DNA of 64,000 bases from Spirochaetia bacterium (lineage in GTDB: Bacteria; Spirochaetota; Spirochaetia; CADAEX01). The first letter of the stretch is position 1. Every line of letters starts with the position of its first letter. Under the pieces are notes generated by a model. It searched no databases. It had not been told where the DNA came from and saw nothing but the letters and a program-made list of their open reading frames with translations. A program made the position numbers and the translations under genes. Positions 50,379-59,528 of this stretch are shown here, in pieces. Where the stretch lies: positions 24,190 through 88,189 of the forward strand of contig CAXXHA010000030.1 in NCBI GenBank assembly GCA_963662265.2, read 5' to 3'.

Positions 50379-51698
50379 ATGGATTTCACCGATCCGGAAA
50401 AGGTATTCCTGTACTTTGAATCTTTTACAAACCTTGAAAGGAGTATGAGTTTTACTGAACGGGAATACCGTCTTGACAGAATGCATTATCTCCTTGACCT
50501 TTTCGGCAACCCACAGAACAAACTGAAGATTATACATGTGGCAGGATCCAAGGGAAAAGGATCAACTGCAGCTGCAGCTGCGTCAATACTCTCCTCACTG
50601 GGATACAAAACAGGTCTCTATACATCGCCCCACCTGATATCATACAGGGAAAGGATAACCCATGCAGGTGTTTTCATAGATGACAGAGATTTCATCAAAA
50701 CCGGAAACAGGATCAGGAAAATACTGGAAAATGAAAATATACCTTTTCCCGATCCCCCTACTACATTTGAACTGCTTACCCTCTATGCGTTTCTTGTATT
50801 CACTGATACAGGCTGTGAATGGGCAGTCGTTGAAACAGGGATCGGAGGCAGGCTTGATGCGACAAATGTCGCAGTGCCTGAGGCATCAGTAATTACACCT
50901 ATTGAAATGGAACATGCCGATATTCTCGGGGATACTATCGTAAAAATAGCATTTGAAAAATGCGGAATCATAAAAGAGGGAAAACCGGTATTTGTTTCTC
51001 CCCAGAAGGAAGAACCGCTAAAAGTCATAAAAAAAACTGCAGGAGAAAAAATTTCTCCCCTTTTCATACTGGATGAAAATATTGAAATAACTGATATTAA
51101 TGTTGGAAGCAGCGGTACTGATTTCTTCCTTAATGCTGACAACAGGAAATACGGGATTTCCATCAATCTGCCCGGTATTTTCCAGGCATATAACTCATCC
51201 CTTGCCCTGCTGACTGTTAAGAATCTTCTCAATATTTCATGGGAAGATGCAGTTAAATCACTTAAAAATATCCCGCTGAAGGGAAGAATTGAGATAATAA
51301 GCAGGAACAGCAGATCTGATATAATAATTGACAGTTCCCACACTCCAGACTCGGCAAAGATGTTTGCCGAAACAATGAACAGTATCTATAATGAAAAAGG
51401 AGTGCTTATATTCGGCTCTGTTGAGGGAAAAGACCATATCAGCATGATGAGAAATCTTGAATCCTGTTTTGAAGATATTATAATATCAAAACCTGGGACT
51501 TTTAAGAAAAGCAGCCCGGAAAACATTTACAGGGATCTGAAAATGATTTTTCCTGAAAAAAATATTATACTTGAAGCAGAAGCTGATAAAGCTCTTAGCC
51601 TGGCTGAAAAGTATTCAGACAGCATAAAATATATTGCGGTAACAGGATCATTTTACATGGCATCAGAAATTAAAAAATTATTAACAGGAGACAAGTGA
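50379..51698 (+). CDS. folC: Folylpolyglutamate/dihydrofolate synthase
   Basis: HVAGSKGKGST, YTSPHL...ERI, TTFE, ETGIGGRLDATN, EKCGIIK, TGSFY. Confidence 0.94.
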   Translation: MDFTDPEKVFLYFESFTNLERSMSFTEREYRLDRMHYLLDLFGNPQNKLKIIHVAGSKGKGSTAAAAASILSSLGYKTGLYTSPHLISYRERITHAGVFIDDRDFIKTGNRIRKILENENIPFPDPPTTFELLTLYAFLVFTDTGCEWAVVETGIGGRLDATNVAVPEASVITPIEMEHADILGDTIVKIAFEKCGIIKEGKPVFVSPQKEEPLKVIKKTAGEKISPLFILDENIEITDINVGSSGTDFFLNADNRKYGISINLPGIFQAYNSSLALLTVKNLLNISWEDAVKSLKNIPLKGRIEIISRNSRSDIIIDSSHTPDSAKMFAETMNSIYNEKGVLIFGSVEGKDHISMMRNLESCFEDIIISKPGTFKKSSPENIYRDLKMIFPEKNIILEAEADKALSLAEKYSDSIKYIAVTGSFYMASEIKKLLTGDK

Positions 51699-51699
51699 A

Positions 51700-52245
51700 T
51701 TGGAAAATCTTTTTAATAATAGAATAACTGTGATGACAGGTGATATAACAAAACTTGAGGTAGATGCAATTGTTAACGCGGCAAATTCCTCTCTTATGGG
51801 CGGAGGCGGAGTTGACGGGGCAATTCACAGATGCGGCGGGCCTGATATTCTTGAAGAATGCAGGGAAATAAGAAAGACAACCTACCCTTCCGGCATGCCT
51901 CCCGGCAATGCTGTCATAACCGGAGGAGGATATCTTCCGGCAGATTATGTTATCCATACAGTTGGTCCTGTGTGGCACGGAGGTAAAAAAGGGGAAAAGG
52001 TTATTCTAGAAAAAGCATACCTCAACTGCCTTAAACTCGCATTGTCCCAGGATCTTGATACAATTGCCTTCCCTGCAATATCAACAGGAATATACGGATA
52101 TCCAAAGACAGAAGCAGCTGAAACAGCATATAAAACTGTAACAGAATTTCTTGAACATAACAAAAAACCGGAAAAGGTTTATTTTGTTTTTTTCAGCCGG
52201 GGAGATATGGATATTTTTCTGAAGAAAATACGGGGAGAAATATAA
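51700..52245 (+). CDS. Macro-domain O-acetyl-ADP-ribose deacetylase (YmdB-like)
   Basis: GDIT, NAANSSLMGGGGVDGAIH, IHTVGP, FPAISTGIYGYP. Confidence 0.93.
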   Translation: MENLFNNRITVMTGDITKLEVDAIVNAANSSLMGGGGVDGAIHRCGGPDILEECREIRKTTYPSGMPPGNAVITGGGYLPADYVIHTVGPVWHGGKKGEKVILEKAYLNCLKLALSQDLDTIAFPAISTGIYGYPKTEAAETAYKTVTEFLEHNKKPEKVYFVFFSRGDMDIFLKKIRGEI

Positions 52246-52379
52246 CTTTTTAAATCCTGATTTTTATATTTCCGGTTCTTGTATTTATCTGTAATTATCA
52301 GAACCGGATATTCCATATAAAATGTCTGTTAAACAGGCATTTAAATCTATTCATCATAATTCAAAAAACCGGAGTAAAA

Positions 52380-53783
52380 ATGTCTCTGAACACAAAGGAA
52401 ATAGATCTTATATTAAATGAACTCGACCTTTCAGGCAGTTACATACAGAAAGTAATACAATCCGACTTCCAGTCACTCTATTTTACCCTTTATAAACCGG
52501 GCAACAAGTTTGAACTAAAAATATCACTTTCCCCTGGAAAAACAAGACTGTGCAGGACATCATCAAGAGGGAAAAAAGGGGCCAAACTTCAGCGCTTTGA
52601 ACAGTTTCTAAGGTCAAGAATATTAAGCGGCAGGATAACAGAAGCCTCCCAGCCGGGCCACGACAGAATAGTTAAACTTACTGTTGTCAAGGGAGGAGAG
52701 TTAACAAACCTTTATATCAGGCTTTGGGGCGGAAATGCAAACATAATTGCATCAGATTCAGAGGACATTATTCTGGATGCATTCTACAGAAGACCGGGAA
52801 AAAAGGAACAGAGCGGGAGCATTTTTGTCCTGCCGTCCAGAGAAAACAGGAATATTAATAAATTCTCTGTTAGAGATTATCCTGACACTGCAGATTTCAA
52901 CAGCTTTATAGACAGCTATTACCAGGAAATTGAAAACAGGGAAAAACTGGAAAGAATAAAAACCAGGCTTCTCACAAATCTCAATAAAAAGGCGCTGAGC
53001 CTGGAAGCTAAAATAAAGAACAGGGAAAACAACTTCGATAAATATGACTCAGCTGAATCCTTCAAACAATACGGAGAACTTCTTTTGAGTTTTTCCCACA
53101 AGTGGAAAAAAGGGGAAAAATGGCTGGATGCTGAAAACTATTATGACAACAACAATATCATAAGGATTGAAGTTGACCCGGAAATATCAATTGAAAAAAA
53201 TGCAGATAAGTATTTTTCAAAGTATAAAAAACTAAAAAAATCGAGGGAAAATTTTCTTGATGAACTTGAAAACCTGGAAAACCGTCTTAAGAGGATCAGA
53301 AACAGGATAAAAGAAACAGAATCGGAAAACAGCATTAAGACTCTTACATCCTGGCTGAAGGAAACTGAAACAGAAAAGAAGGATGAAGGGAAAAAGCCGA
53401 TCCCGGGGCTGCAATTCTATTCAGGAGGGTTTATAATTCTTGTGGGACGGGGGGCTAAAGAAAACGATGAACTTCTGAGGCACCATGTGAAAGGCAATGA
53501 TTACTGGCTTCATGCAAGAGATTATCCCGGCGGATATATATTTATTAAAAACATGAGGGGAAAATCTGTCCCACTGGAAACACTTCTTGATGCAGGCAAC
53601 CTTGCGGTTTTTTACAGCAAGGGTAAAAACTCAGGAAAGGGTGAAGTATATTATACACAGGTCAAGTACCTGAGAAGGACAAAAAACGGTAAAACAGGTC
53701 TTGTAATACCAACCCAGGAGAAAAACCTTTCAATTACGATTGATGACAAGAGACTTAAAAAAATGTTTGATTCAGATAATTAG
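52380..53783 (+). CDS. rqcH: NFACT/RqcH-family ribosome quality-control protein
   Basis: DRIV, NII, coiled coils, NADKYF.KYKK, VGR...ND.L, DYWLHARDYPG (NFACT-R). Confidence 0.8.
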   Translation: MSLNTKEIDLILNELDLSGSYIQKVIQSDFQSLYFTLYKPGNKFELKISLSPGKTRLCRTSSRGKKGAKLQRFEQFLRSRILSGRITEASQPGHDRIVKLTVVKGGELTNLYIRLWGGNANIIASDSEDIILDAFYRRPGKKEQSGSIFVLPSRENRNINKFSVRDYPDTADFNSFIDSYYQEIENREKLERIKTRLLTNLNKKALSLEAKIKNRENNFDKYDSAESFKQYGELLLSFSHKWKKGEKWLDAENYYDNNNIIRIEVDPEISIEKNADKYFSKYKKLKKSRENFLDELENLENRLKRIRNRIKETESENSIKTLTSWLKETETEKKDEGKKPIPGLQFYSGGFIILVGRGAKENDELLRHHVKGNDYWLHARDYPGGYIFIKNMRGKSVPLETLLDAGNLAVFYSKGKNSGKGEVYYTQVKYLRRTKNGKTGLVIPTQEKNLSITIDDKRLKKMFDSDN

Positions 53784-53909
53784 GATAAAAAGCTCTTTTT
53801 GAAACATTTTTATATGATTTTATATTTATTTTAAGCGTTATATTCCGGACTGCCCCACAAAAAGTGGACACCAACTATAGTTAGATTATAATTATAAGGG
53901 GAGTGTCAA

Positions 53910-54218
53910 ATGGCAAGAAAAAAGGTACAGGCGTATACCGAAGAGTTTAGAAGAGAAGCTGTAAAACGATCAGAAAAAGAGGGTAGTTCTGCAGCTAAAG
54001 TAGCAGAAGAACTGGGGATAAGCGCCCAGCAAATTTATAACTGGAAGCGTCAATTTAACAGGCTAAGCGATAAACAATTTAATTCCTTAAATGGAGTTGA
54101 TTATTCAAAAAATGAAAGTGAAGAAGTAAGAAAACTACGCAGAGAAAATAAGAAATTAAAAGATGAAATAGAATTCTTAAAAAAAGCTGCTGCGTACTTT
54201 GCGAACGACCAGAAGTGA
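53910..54218 (+). CDS. IS3 OrfA (HTH plus leucine zipper)
   Basis: YTEEFRREAV...VAEELGIS...NW; LKKAAAYFA; AAAAAAG -1 slippery site at 54180-54186. Confidence 0.93.
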   Translation: MARKKVQAYTEEFRREAVKRSEKEGSSAAKVAEELGISAQQIYNWKRQFNRLSDKQFNSLNGVDYSKNESEEVRKLRRENKKLKDEIEFLKKAAAYFANDQK

Positions 54219-55081
54219 AGTACGCATTAATGCATCAATTTACAGGTCAATATGAAATATCACTGATGTGTAGAGTCCTGGGAGTTTCCAGATCCGGATA
54301 TTATAAGTGGATAAATAGAAAACCAGGAAAGAGACATCAATATAAAGAGAAAATAGAAGAACTGATTAAAAATACTTATGAGGCATTTAAAGCCCGTTAT
54401 GGTTCAAGGAGAATAGCAGAAGAATTAAATTCACTTGGCTGGAAATGTTCAACAAACTTCATAGCTAAAATTATGCAAGAGAATGATATAAAGGCTTTGA
54501 ATGGTAAGGGGTTTAAGTATAGCCGGAAAAGCCAGTCAATGAATAATGTATCAGATAACATATTGTGGAGAGATTTTACTGCAGATAATCCTAATAAAAA
54601 ATGGACTACAGATATTACATATATTTGGGTAAGAAACAAGTGGATGTATTTGGCCACAGTTATGGATCTATATTCAAGAAAAATAGTTGGCTGGGCATTA
54701 GATACAAGTATGACGGAAAATCTTGTAATTGAAGCATTATCGATAGCATTCGGAAGAAGAGGATTTTCTGAAGGATTAATACTTCATTCAGATCGGGGAG
54801 TACAGTACCGTGCTCAAAAATATATAGATTTTGCACAATCAAAAGGTTGTCTGCTAAGTATGAGTAGAAGAGGAAACTGCTGGGATAATGCCCCAATGGA
54901 ATCATTTTTCAGCAGACTGAAAGTAGAATTAATTTATCCGAATAACTATCAGAGCGTTGAAGAATTAAAAGCTGGTGTTTTTGAATACATCGAGATATTC
55001 TATAACAGGAAAAGAAAACATTCAGCAATTGGGTATATAAGCCCGGCTGAATATGAAAAGCAAACAGCAATAGCTGCATAG
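54215..55081 (+). CDS. IS3 OrfB DDE transposase
   Basis: WTTDITY, HSDRGVQY, GNCWDNAPMESFF; -1 frame relative to OrfA and open back through the slippery site. Confidence 0.95.
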   Translation: MKYALMHQFTGQYEISLMCRVLGVSRSGYYKWINRKPGKRHQYKEKIEELIKNTYEAFKARYGSRRIAEELNSLGWKCSTNFIAKIMQENDIKALNGKGFKYSRKSQSMNNVSDNILWRDFTADNPNKKWTTDITYIWVRNKWMYLATVMDLYSRKIVGWALDTSMTENLVIEALSIAFGRRGFSEGLILHSDRGVQYRAQKYIDFAQSKGCLLSMSRRGNCWDNAPMESFFSRLKVELIYPNNYQSVEELKAGVFEYIEIFYNRKRKHSAIGYISPAEYEKQTAIAA

Positions 55082-55225
55082 TTAGGTTGTCTACTTTTCA
55101 TGGGGCACACCAATTCAAATAAAATATGTTTTTGTTCATGAAGTTTAACAAAACTAACAATATTTAATTAAAAAAGTTGATTTAAAATATTGATAAAATA
55201 GAATTTATACAGAATAATAAATGTC

Positions 55226-56080
55226 ATGACAAAAGATTATTCAAATATTTCATACGAAAATTTTAAAATTCGCGGACCTATTGTTGATGGGATATTTTAT
55301 CCTGATGATGATCTGCTTCTTCACAATAAAGTTGAACTATTAATTGAGAACTCAAAAGTAAAACCGGGTAAATCATCAGGGATAATCACACCACATGCTG
55401 CATTTGCTTTTTCAGGCGAACTTGCTGCTGCAGCCTTCCAGTCTGCGGCAGACAGAAAAATAGATAAAGTTATAATTATTGCACCGGTACACCGGGATTA
55501 TACAGATAGTATTTTTCTTTCTGAATCTGATTTCTTCAGCATTCCTACCGCAAATATCAAAGTTGATACAGATTCTGTAGAAAAACTCCTGAACTGTGAT
55601 TCAGCTTTTAAAATTAACGACATTCCTCATCTTGAGGAACACTGCATAGAAATTCAGCTTCCTTTTATTGCACATATATTTCCGGAAGCAGAAATCATAC
55701 CAATACTCATAGGGAAAAACTCCTCAAAGCTGGTAAAAACACTGGTTGATGCGTTAAAAAAAGTTTTCAACAATGATTTCAGCAACATATTAATAACAGC
55801 ATCTTCAAACATAGTGTCATATCTTGAAACAGAAACTGCTCATGAATATTTTCAATATCTTCTCTCCCTGATTAAATCAGGCAATATTGATTCAATTCTG
55901 GATGAAGTTGACAAATGCAATCATAAATCCAAGGGATTATCCACAATTGCGTCTCTTCTTTCCCTGATTGGAAATAACGCTGATATAAATGTACTTAAAA
56001 CAAAGGATTCTGCAAAAAGCGGCAAAGACAGGGGCAAAGTTGTTTGCTATGCCTCAATATCTGTTGAACAAAAAATATAG
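55226..56080 (+). CDS. amrB: AmmeMemoRadiSam system protein B (MEMO1 family, degenerate)
   Basis: R.P.VDGIFYP, PHA...SG, EHCIEIQLPF, ASS, VVCYASI. Confidence 0.88.
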   Translation: MTKDYSNISYENFKIRGPIVDGIFYPDDDLLLHNKVELLIENSKVKPGKSSGIITPHAAFAFSGELAAAAFQSAADRKIDKVIIIAPVHRDYTDSIFLSESDFFSIPTANIKVDTDSVEKLLNCDSAFKINDIPHLEEHCIEIQLPFIAHIFPEAEIIPILIGKNSSKLVKTLVDALKKVFNNDFSNILITASSNIVSYLETETAHEYFQYLLSLIKSGNIDSILDEVDKCNHKSKGLSTIASLLSLIGNNADINVLKTKDSAKSGKDRGKVVCYASISVEQKI

Positions 56081-56091
56081 GAATTATATTT

Positions 56092-56637
56092 ATGGATTTT
56101 TCATTATCTGACTATGAAAAAAAACTCCTTCTACAGACAGCCAGAGAGACAATATCATCTTTTCTCGAAAAGAGAGCACCTGACTACAGCGAACCGACAG
56201 AACTTCTCAGGGAAAACTGCGGCGCTTTTGTTACACTTCATAAAAAAGGAAATTTAAGAGGATGCATAGGCTACCTTACAGGATTAAAACCGCTTTTTGA
56301 TACAATAAAGGATATGGCTGTATCAAGCGCTTTTAATGATCCCAGATTCCATCCTGTTGAAGCTGACGAATTCAATGATATAAAAATTGAAATATCGGTA
56401 TTATCACCAATGAAAAAAATTGATTCCATTGAAGAACTTGAACCGGGCAAGCATGGACTTTTTCTTAAAAAGGGTTTTTCTTCAGGCACACTTCTCCCCC
56501 AGGTAGCGGTTGAACAGGGGTGGGACAGGGAAACATTTGTACGTTATACATGCACAAAAGCAGGTCTTCCAACAGATGCATTTCTGGATGAACAGACAGA
56601 GCTCTTTATCTATACTGCAGAAGTTTTCGGGGAATAA
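56092..56637 (+). CDS. amrA: AmmeMemoRadiSam system protein A (AMMECR1 family)
   Basis: GAFVTL, LRGCIG, DPRF, EISVLS, LLPQVA, KAG. Confidence 0.93.
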   Translation: MDFSLSDYEKKLLLQTARETISSFLEKRAPDYSEPTELLRENCGAFVTLHKKGNLRGCIGYLTGLKPLFDTIKDMAVSSAFNDPRFHPVEADEFNDIKIEISVLSPMKKIDSIEELEPGKHGLFLKKGFSSGTLLPQVAVEQGWDRETFVRYTCTKAGLPTDAFLDEQTELFIYTAEVFGE

Positions 56638-56906
56638 ATATTTTATTACCTATTCCAGTTATCTCTTTTTAAAATTATTAAATATCACTTTTTACAATAA
56701 ACATCTTTCAATCAGTTTTTAAATCATACTTTTGGAAATATTTTAATTTGTAATGTTTTATTTGTATTTAGGAAAATTTCCTATTTTATGGATATTTTAA
56801 TATTATATTTTCCATTATTATGATATTTAATAATATACATATATAAATGTATATTCAGTATGTAAGAATGTAATATCAAAGATAGTTAGAATTTGGATAA
56901 TCTGTC

Positions 56907-57557
56907 ATGAATGATAAATATAAAAAAGAAAAAAATATTTTAATAATTGATGATCACAAACTGATATATGAAGGGCTGCTTCTTCATCTGAAAAAATTAT
57001 CTAACCGTTTTAATTTTCTTTATGCGGAAAATTTTTATCAGGTTAATAAAATATTAAGTGGTTCTACTGTGGATTCTGCAGTTATTGATATATCTCTTAA
57101 AAATGAATCAGGTTTTGACATAGCTGAAAAAATCAAAAACAGGGTTAAATATATATTTTTCCTTTCAATGCACAGGCAGGCTTTTCATATCAACAGGGCT
57201 TACTCCAATTACAACGGTTATTTCCTTAAAGACAGTTCTGCAGATATAATAGCTGAAGCACTGGACAATCCGGAAGGGAGAAATTTCTGGTGCGAAAAAG
57301 AGGTTCTGGAAATAGCTGAATATATGAAAACTGACAATCCCGGTGAAATTGATTTATATAACAGCCTATCGCACAGGGAACAGGAGATCTTTATTCTGCT
57401 TGCTGAGGGATTGAACTATAAATCAATTGCAAAAAAACTTTTTATAAGTCCCAAAACAGCATCAGCACACAGGTACAATATCATGCAGAAACTTCATCTC
57501 AAGGATCAGACAGAACTTATAAAATATGCTGTATCTCTAAAACTGATAGATTTATAA
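56907..57557 (+). CDS. NarL/LuxR-family response regulator (orphan)
   Basis: IDDH, DISL, LSMH, GYFLK; LSHREQEI...IAKKLFISPKTASAHR. Confidence 0.92.
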   Translation: MNDKYKKEKNILIIDDHKLIYEGLLLHLKKLSNRFNFLYAENFYQVNKILSGSTVDSAVIDISLKNESGFDIAEKIKNRVKYIFFLSMHRQAFHINRAYSNYNGYFLKDSSADIIAEALDNPEGRNFWCEKEVLEIAEYMKTDNPGEIDLYNSLSHREQEIFILLAEGLNYKSIAKKLFISPKTASAHRYNIMQKLHLKDQTELIKYAVSLKLIDL

Positions 57558-57559
57558 CA

Positions 57560-58243
57560 TTATTGAATTGCAGTTTTGATTGATTTAAAAGCTTTCCGGA
57601 TTTCACCTTCAGAAAAATGCTTAACAGCAAAAACAGTAATAAACCCCGGATCAATAAATTCTGTTTCTGTAAAATTCCGGAGGTATGTGTATTTTTTATC
57701 CTGAAAAATAACTTCTTCACAATACCAGGAACCTTCAAATACAGAAAATGTGTTATCAACAGATTCATTAAGAGTCCATCTCATTTTGAAACGGGTGTCA
57801 GAGTTTTCATCAAAATAAACCTTCATGGTATATTCATATTCCCTGCCGAAACCGAGAGTTTCAAAATCAGTTATAACTTTCTGGTAATAAATATCCCTCG
57901 GGAACTTTGCATGATAGTATACTTCCGACAAAGCCATTCTCGGAAACACATCTTCAGAAGAATCAAGATTGGAGAGAAGTTCTGCAAGCTCACTCACAGA
58001 ACAGGGGATCAGCATATGATAATCTGAAATTATGGAGAATCTTTTTCCATCTGTCTTGTTATATTCTTTAAGAATCCTGACAGGTTTATCAAGCAGATCA
58101 ATGTAATCCGGTTTTCCGGATATACCGTAACCGCAGTATTCATCATATTCTTTATTATTATCATTAAAATCCGAAAATACCATGCATGCTGTAAAAACAT
58201 AGAAAACAAGCAGGATTTTTTTCAGATTTGCAACATTTTTCAT
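57560..58243 (-). CDS. Exported hypothetical protein, START/SRPBCC-like
   Basis: Signal-like N-terminus; MRWTL...FEGSW pattern; terminal amphipathic helix. Confidence 0.55.
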   Translation of the reverse strand: MKNVANLKKILLVFYVFTACMVFSDFNDNNKEYDEYCGYGISGKPDYIDLLDKPVRILKEYNKTDGKRFSIISDYHMLIPCSVSELAELLSNLDSSEDVFPRMALSEVYYHAKFPRDIYYQKVITDFETLGFGREYEYTMKVYFDENSDTRFKMRWTLNESVDNTFSVFEGSWYCEEVIFQDKKYTYLRNFTETEFIDPGFITVFAVKHFSEGEIRKAFKSIKTAIQ

Positions 58244-58377
58244 CAACAACCGCCTCATTACAGCATTATGTATATAACAATATTATTTATTTGGCAATAG
58301 ATATGCAATTTCCGATAATACTGACAATTGTAAGAGAGTACTGATTTTATTCCAGTTATTGATATTTGTTATTTATT

Positions 58378-59361
58378 TTAATATTCATTCGGATATGTGC
58401 CATACCTGACCAGCCCCCCTACTCCTCCGAAGATTAGAACGCCGCCTGAAACAGCAAACGCAAACCGGAGGTTCTCTGTAGAAGATGGAGAAAATTCATT
58501 CATAAAAAAAGAGGTAAGCTCAAGCGCAGTTCCCGCAAACATGAGGCTCATACTTCCCCAGAATATCTTATTCCGTTCCCTGAACCTTGTTTCTTTTTTA
58601 ATTTCCTGCAGATCTTTCATTGTAATGATTGTAAGAGGTTCTGTCTTGAATTCATGTAGTCCCCAGTAAGCTGTTATTTCCTCTGATATTTTCTCACTTA
58701 CAAGCTCCTTCTCAGGCTCCCGTGTTGAAAGTGATACCATTTCTTCCGCAGATATAATTATTTTTGCAGGTTCAACAATCTCTTCCAGTTCTGCGACTTC
58801 TGCAGGTATTTCTTCAACTTCACCTACAGTTTCAAGAGCAATTTCCTCTTTTTTTTCAACTTCTACAGAACCTTCAAAGCAGTAAATACGGGTAATCAGA
58901 TCTTCTTCGACACCCAGCGGATCCGCCACTATATCATATCCGAAGTCAGTCCCCCTCACTCCGCACACAGCGCTTTTACCGTCAATCTTAAACTGCTGAG
59001 TACCTGTCAGCTTCTCAACTTTGGCCCGGATTTTACCGTATGTCAGCTGGAAGTTTCCGCCCCCCTTTTCTTCGAAATCATCTATAAGAAAGCTGGAGTT
59101 TTCAGAAACCTTTATAATATTATTGGAACTGGCAATCTGTATTTCCAGAAGAGTATCCTCCTCTGTAAATACCATGTCATTCCTGGTAAGTTCAAGTCCT
59201 ATTACATCCTCTTCATAGAGGTCAAAATAAAACTCTTCATTGCCGCTGACAACAGTAAAGCCCTCACCCTCTGCATAGATAATAACACAGGCCGGCTGGC
59301 TCTGGGCAGCAAGAAAAAATGGGGATAATATAATCAATAAAACAATAAATATCTTCTTCAT
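58378..59361 (-). CDS. FecR-domain protein with two C-terminal TM helices
   Basis: Signal peptide; YGKIRAKV, SAVCGVRGTDFG, CFEGSV; acidic linker; two hydrophobic C-terminal segments. Confidence 0.82.
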   Translation of the reverse strand: MKKIFIVLLIILSPFFLAAQSQPACVIIYAEGEGFTVVSGNEEFYFDLYEEDVIGLELTRNDMVFTEEDTLLEIQIASSNNIIKVSENSSFLIDDFEEKGGGNFQLTYGKIRAKVEKLTGTQQFKIDGKSAVCGVRGTDFGYDIVADPLGVEEDLITRIYCFEGSVEVEKKEEIALETVGEVEEIPAEVAELEEIVEPAKIIISAEEMVSLSTREPEKELVSEKISEEITAYWGLHEFKTEPLTIITMKDLQEIKKETRFRERNKIFWGSMSLMFAGTALELTSFFMNEFSPSSTENLRFAFAVSGGVLIFGGVGGLVRYGTYPNEY

Positions 59362-59528
59362 ACTTAAATGTTAAATGATATTAAGCATTTTATCAAAGCT
59401 TTTTTAGTGTGATCATTAAGAGTGAGGTCAGCAGTTGGATCTGTATAATATGAAATCTAATTCTGAATAGAAGGATATCTGGATTTCAAAAGAGGTTATT
59501 GTTTCAGTTGATATTTACAGGATGAAAA

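Larger units (their letters stand above)
53846..55112 (+). mobile_element. IS3-family insertion sequence, 1267 bp, 4-bp target duplication ATTC
   Basis: IRL CGGACTGCCCCACAAAAAGTGGACA and IRR (reverse complement) TGGTGTGCCCCATGAAAAGTAGACA; ATTC at 53842-45 and 55113-16. Confidence 0.95.

Noticed and set aside
51700-52245. Macro domain as an antitoxin or defence component (DarG-like)
   Set aside because: It is a stand-alone YmdB-type protein in a housekeeping operon with no ADP-ribosyltransferase or sirtuin neighbour.
58311-58318. TCCGATAA as a sigma-28 -10 element
   Set aside because: No TAAA/TCAA at the 15-nt spacing and no plus-strand gene downstream.
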